This document shows positions 60,318 to 64,000 of a stretch of 64,000 nucleotides of DNA, piece after piece; the first letter of the stretch is position 1, and each line of letters opens with the position of its first letter. Both the position numbers and the translations under genes were made by a program. Below the pieces are notes generated by a model. The model had not been told where the DNA came from, did not search any database, and worked only from the letters and a program-made list of their open reading frames with translations. Source of the DNA: Amoebidium appalachense (lineage: Eukaryota > Protista > Ichthyosporea); assembly GCA_963693365.1 (NCBI GenBank), contig CAVNZM010000004.1, forward strand, positions 6,919,093 through 6,983,092. The letters are read 5' to 3'.

Positions 60318-60999
60318 CTAATCTTGCCTGTGTGTGGGAAAGAAAAAAGGTGTAAGGCCCCACATACGTAAAATGGTAGCCTGTACTGCTACATTCATAC
60401 GTGTTGACTCTCCCTTTCCCATCCCATACGGATACGTACATGCACAGGCACGCACATGCACACACGCACCCACACACCCACACATCCCCGCATGCACCCA
60501 CACATCCACACACACACCACAACACTACCAACAACAACCCAGACACACACACACCCTCCCACCCGCACACAGACAGCCACAAGTTGGAGCACGAATACCC
60601 CTAAACATAGAGTAGGGGAACGGAGAAGCAGAAAGAAGGAGAGACTCGGAAGAGTATGGGGAGGAGGAATGAGGGAGGGGGTAAACAGATGAAAGGGGGA
60701 CTGGGGTGGAGGTGAGGAGGGAGAGAAGGAAGCCCTGCCGAGCAGGAGAGGGGGGGGGGGGGAGGGAGGGGGGGGGGGACAACGTACGCATTAGTCCGTC
60801 TTCGTGCCTTTGCAATGACCCTCCCAGACGCTGAAACGGTAGTTTGAGGGGTAGCTGCTATCTTTGGTGCCGTGGATAGGGGTTTGGGGGTAGACAGTAG
60901 GGGCATGATGGGGGCAGGCGGGAGAGAGGCTGTTGGAAGTGTCGCTGGGATGCCGGATGGGATCGGCTCGGTGATGCGCAGACCTGGAGTGATTGGTGT

Positions 61000-61047
<48 letters not shown>

Positions 61048-61216
61048 GTGGGGCAGGGTTAGGATATGGGCTGTGCCTTCCTGGAGGGGGGAGAGGGGGG
61101 GAAGGGGGGATATACCTGAAACCCAGCTTGTGCAAGGTGGTGAAGTTGTGCACATTCTCTCCCCCCTCCCCCCTTCTCCCCCCCCCCCCCCCCCCAAACA
61201 CACACACCCGCACACC

Positions 61217-61314
<98 letters not shown>

Positions 61315-61731
61315 AAAAAAAAACCACATAACAGCAGAGTCCAAACCGACTTCAAAATTTTGCTTGGCACCAGTGCGCGCACGCATGCGCCACGCACGCA
61401 CGCATGCACGCACGCACGCACACGCGCACACGCACACCTACACACACACGCACACACCTGCGGTTGGCATGGTGGGTGCCGGGGGGTGTCTGTGGGACCA
61501 TCACTGGAGCCGCTGGTGAGAGGGGGGGTAGGCCCTCTGGGGGCTTTATCTGATTTGCAGCTAGCTTGTCTCTAAACTCTCGTGCCTGTCTCTCTACGTC
61601 TGCCTGAGCCATCTCTTTAAGCTTGCGGTTGTATTCAGAGTTGGGGTCCCAGCGGAAGTCTTGGCCCATTTCGGGAATAGGAACTAGCTCTCCCTGTTGG
61701 TTGGAGGGTGGAGGGTGGTGGTGGTGGTGGG

Positions 61732-61763
<32 letters not shown>

Positions 61764-62980
61764 AGGGGTTAGAAATTGAGGTGGATGTATTCTTAGAAAA
61801 ACATTCATGCGCGCACGTGTGTGTATGTGTGCATGTGAAGAAAGCCACCGAGTGGACAACCTAGGTTAGCAACACAATGCATGTATGGGCTTTGCGTACA
61901 TGCACACCTGCCCATTCACGCACATGTGTACTCACTTCGCCACCTGTACGTGTTCCACAAGCCCACACAGGCACCCATAACCACCACTCCTATACCCCAA
62001 CACCCAACCACACAAACACACACTATACCAGGCCCACACGCACCCACACCCGCACACACACACACGCATACCCCTCCCCTCTCCTCCCCCTCACCCCCAA
62101 GGGGAAAAAAAAAGAGGAAAAAAAAAAGAACACAAGAAAAGAAAAAAGAAGAAAAACTTACACACCCACACCCCCACCGACACCCAAACATACACGCACA
62201 CAAGACACACGCACACACATACATCCGCACCCACACCTACCCCCCCCCCCCCCCCCCCCCCACACACACACACCTGTGCATCTGGGTTTTGCCCGTTCTC
62301 ATTCCCAATGCCGAATCCCAATCCGAAATCGTGTGCAGGGAGGGGTTTTCCAGTGAATTTGTTGATGCGCGGAGCCGTGGTAGTGGTGGAAGTGGTTGTA
62401 GTTGTTGACGGATTTGTGCTGAAAATTGGCTTTGCTGGGGGGGTTCCGAGAAGGCCGCCGCCGGGCTGGGTGGCCGAAAAATGTGATTTCTGGGGGGGTT
62501 CAATGATGCGCGTTAGAAGGCAAGGTGGTGCTTTTTGTTCCGTTGTAAGAGACAATAGGGGGGAGGACAGAGAAAAGGTCGGGCAGGGGGGTAGAGGGGG
62601 AGGGGGGGGGGGGGGGGGGGGGATTTGAATGCAGAACACGGTACTAAGTACGCATACACGACGAGAAGCATGGTGCAGGACACATGCAAAGGCAAACATT
62701 CAAGTATGCAACATCAGCCATGCGCACAGTATTTGTCATAAGCAGGCCCATCCTCAGGGAGGACCCAAATCATCAATTGCGTCTGAGTTTCGACCCCTTA
62801 GCCCGCGTATATACGACGCTCCAACTCAGACAGCAGCATCAACTGAACTTGGGCGGATCAACCCGTCTTGATCAAAGACGAGCAGGGTTGCTTATGCAAG
62901 CAAGGTGAGCAAAACGGTGAAGATGTGTGTGCAAACTAATGCAGTGCAGCGAAAAATGTGTATGTGCTTACAGATGCACG

Positions 62981-63020
<40 letters not shown>

Positions 63021-64000
63021 AGGGGGAAGGGTAGGAGTGGGGGAGCTCGAGGAGGATGAGTGGGGAATGGAAAGAGGTAGAGAAAGGGGGACTGGCGGGG
63101 GGGGGGGGGGGGGGGGGGGGGGTGTATGCGTTAGAGGGTTGGAAATGTGGAGGAGACAACAAAGAGCAACAACAAAACGTCACAAAGGTGGGAAATCCAA
63201 AATCAAACAATTTAAGCGTGCAGGCAGAAGACACTTGAACAAAGCCCATCATCAGGGGGGTTCCTATGCCTCCACAAAAGCATGGATTTCGACTCTTTAA
63301 CCTCTCGCGCGTGGTTCCGGGGGGTTGGAGGGGGGAGAGAGAGGAGGAGGAGGAGGAGGGGGGGGAGGGGGGGGGGGGGGGGGGGGGATGGTTTCAGGTT
63401 GGCACACACTAGGAAAACATGCAACCACGACCAGATGAGTCTTCAAGATAGTTTGCAACCACCACAACACACGCACACACACAGACACAACACCTCAGAC
63501 CAATAATCCTCACACGCACACACGCACGAACACAACCACCACCACCACCATACACACATTTCTGCAATACACACCACCACACCAACCAACTATTGCAGCA
63601 CAAACACCACCACACCAACCACCTGTTTAATATCACGCACCATGGTTGCCGGGGCCGTCAAGTTCTTACCCACAGTGAGCACCACCTCATCATCATCATC
63701 CTCATCATCATCATCCTCATCCTCGTAGTCATCATCGTCGTAGTCTTCATCCTCGTATCCGTCTTCATCTTCATCTGCAAAGTAAATGCACGTTAATGGG
63801 TGAGCGGGTGGGTGGGGGAAGAGGGGAGGAGAAGGAGGGGGGAGTGGGGGGGAGTGGGGCAAGGGGGGATGGTTGGAAAAATCCATGCACGGATATCTTC
63901 TATCTGAGTTACTGCCCCCCCCCCCCTCCCCCCCCCCCCCCCCCCAAAAGGATATCTTCTATCTGAGTTACTGCCCCCCCCCCCCCCCCCCCCCCCCCCA
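60318..64000 (-). CDS. 3' part of an unidentified protein (Asp/Glu-rich tract, Pro/Thr-rich C-terminus). Exons 63641-63774, 62274-62489, 61458-61693, 60788-60983, 60318-60327; terminal frame uncertain
   Basis: GT-AG-bounded non-repetitive segments DEDEDGYEDED..EVVLTVGKNL, KSHFSATQPGG..PRINKFTGKP and GELVPIPEMGQDFRWDPNSEYNRKL. Family not recognised. Confidence 0.6.
62622..62980 (-). mobile_element. Family-1 element, ~0.8 monomer, between two poly-G runs
   Basis: Near-identical to 3354-3710. Starts TTTGAATGC after poly-G and ends ...CAGATGCACG before poly-G. Confidence 0.9.

Noticed and set aside
63641-63774. FIP1-like assignment from the acidic tract followed by VVLTVG
   Set aside because: The diagnostic Fip1 motif (KPWR.PGAD.SDYFNYGF) is absent from the downstream exons.

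Overview
Eukaryotic, intron-rich genomic DNA. Exons sit among (GT)n/(CA)n, (CT)n and poly-G/poly-C tracts, so almost all ORFs in the supplied track are microsatellite artefacts. Manual GT-AG splicing gives six genes: a SNRK-like kinase (-, runs off the left edge), a Mn-type CDF/MTP transporter (+), a CBM21 PP1 glycogen-targeting subunit (-), a secreted cbEGF-mucin-tyrosinase (-), a WDR53-like WD40 protein (-) and the 3' part of an unidentified acidic/Pro-rich protein (-). The gene set suggests a unicellular opisthokont/holozoan (inference only). The most striking non-genic signal is a family of ~452-bp self-complementary non-coding elements. They start at a fixed point inside poly-G tracts, run for 0.8 to ~3 head-to-tail units, end at variable points, and mostly share the orientation of the host gene. 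This fits reverse transcription around a circular RNA (retrozyme-like). Also present: polarised GT/G...C/CA intron architecture, a 4.9-kb hAT-like TIR element with cargo, a foldback MITE, a LINE-like 3' fragment ending in (CA)n, and a decayed array of an exon end. All coordinates were read by eye; no database searches were run.
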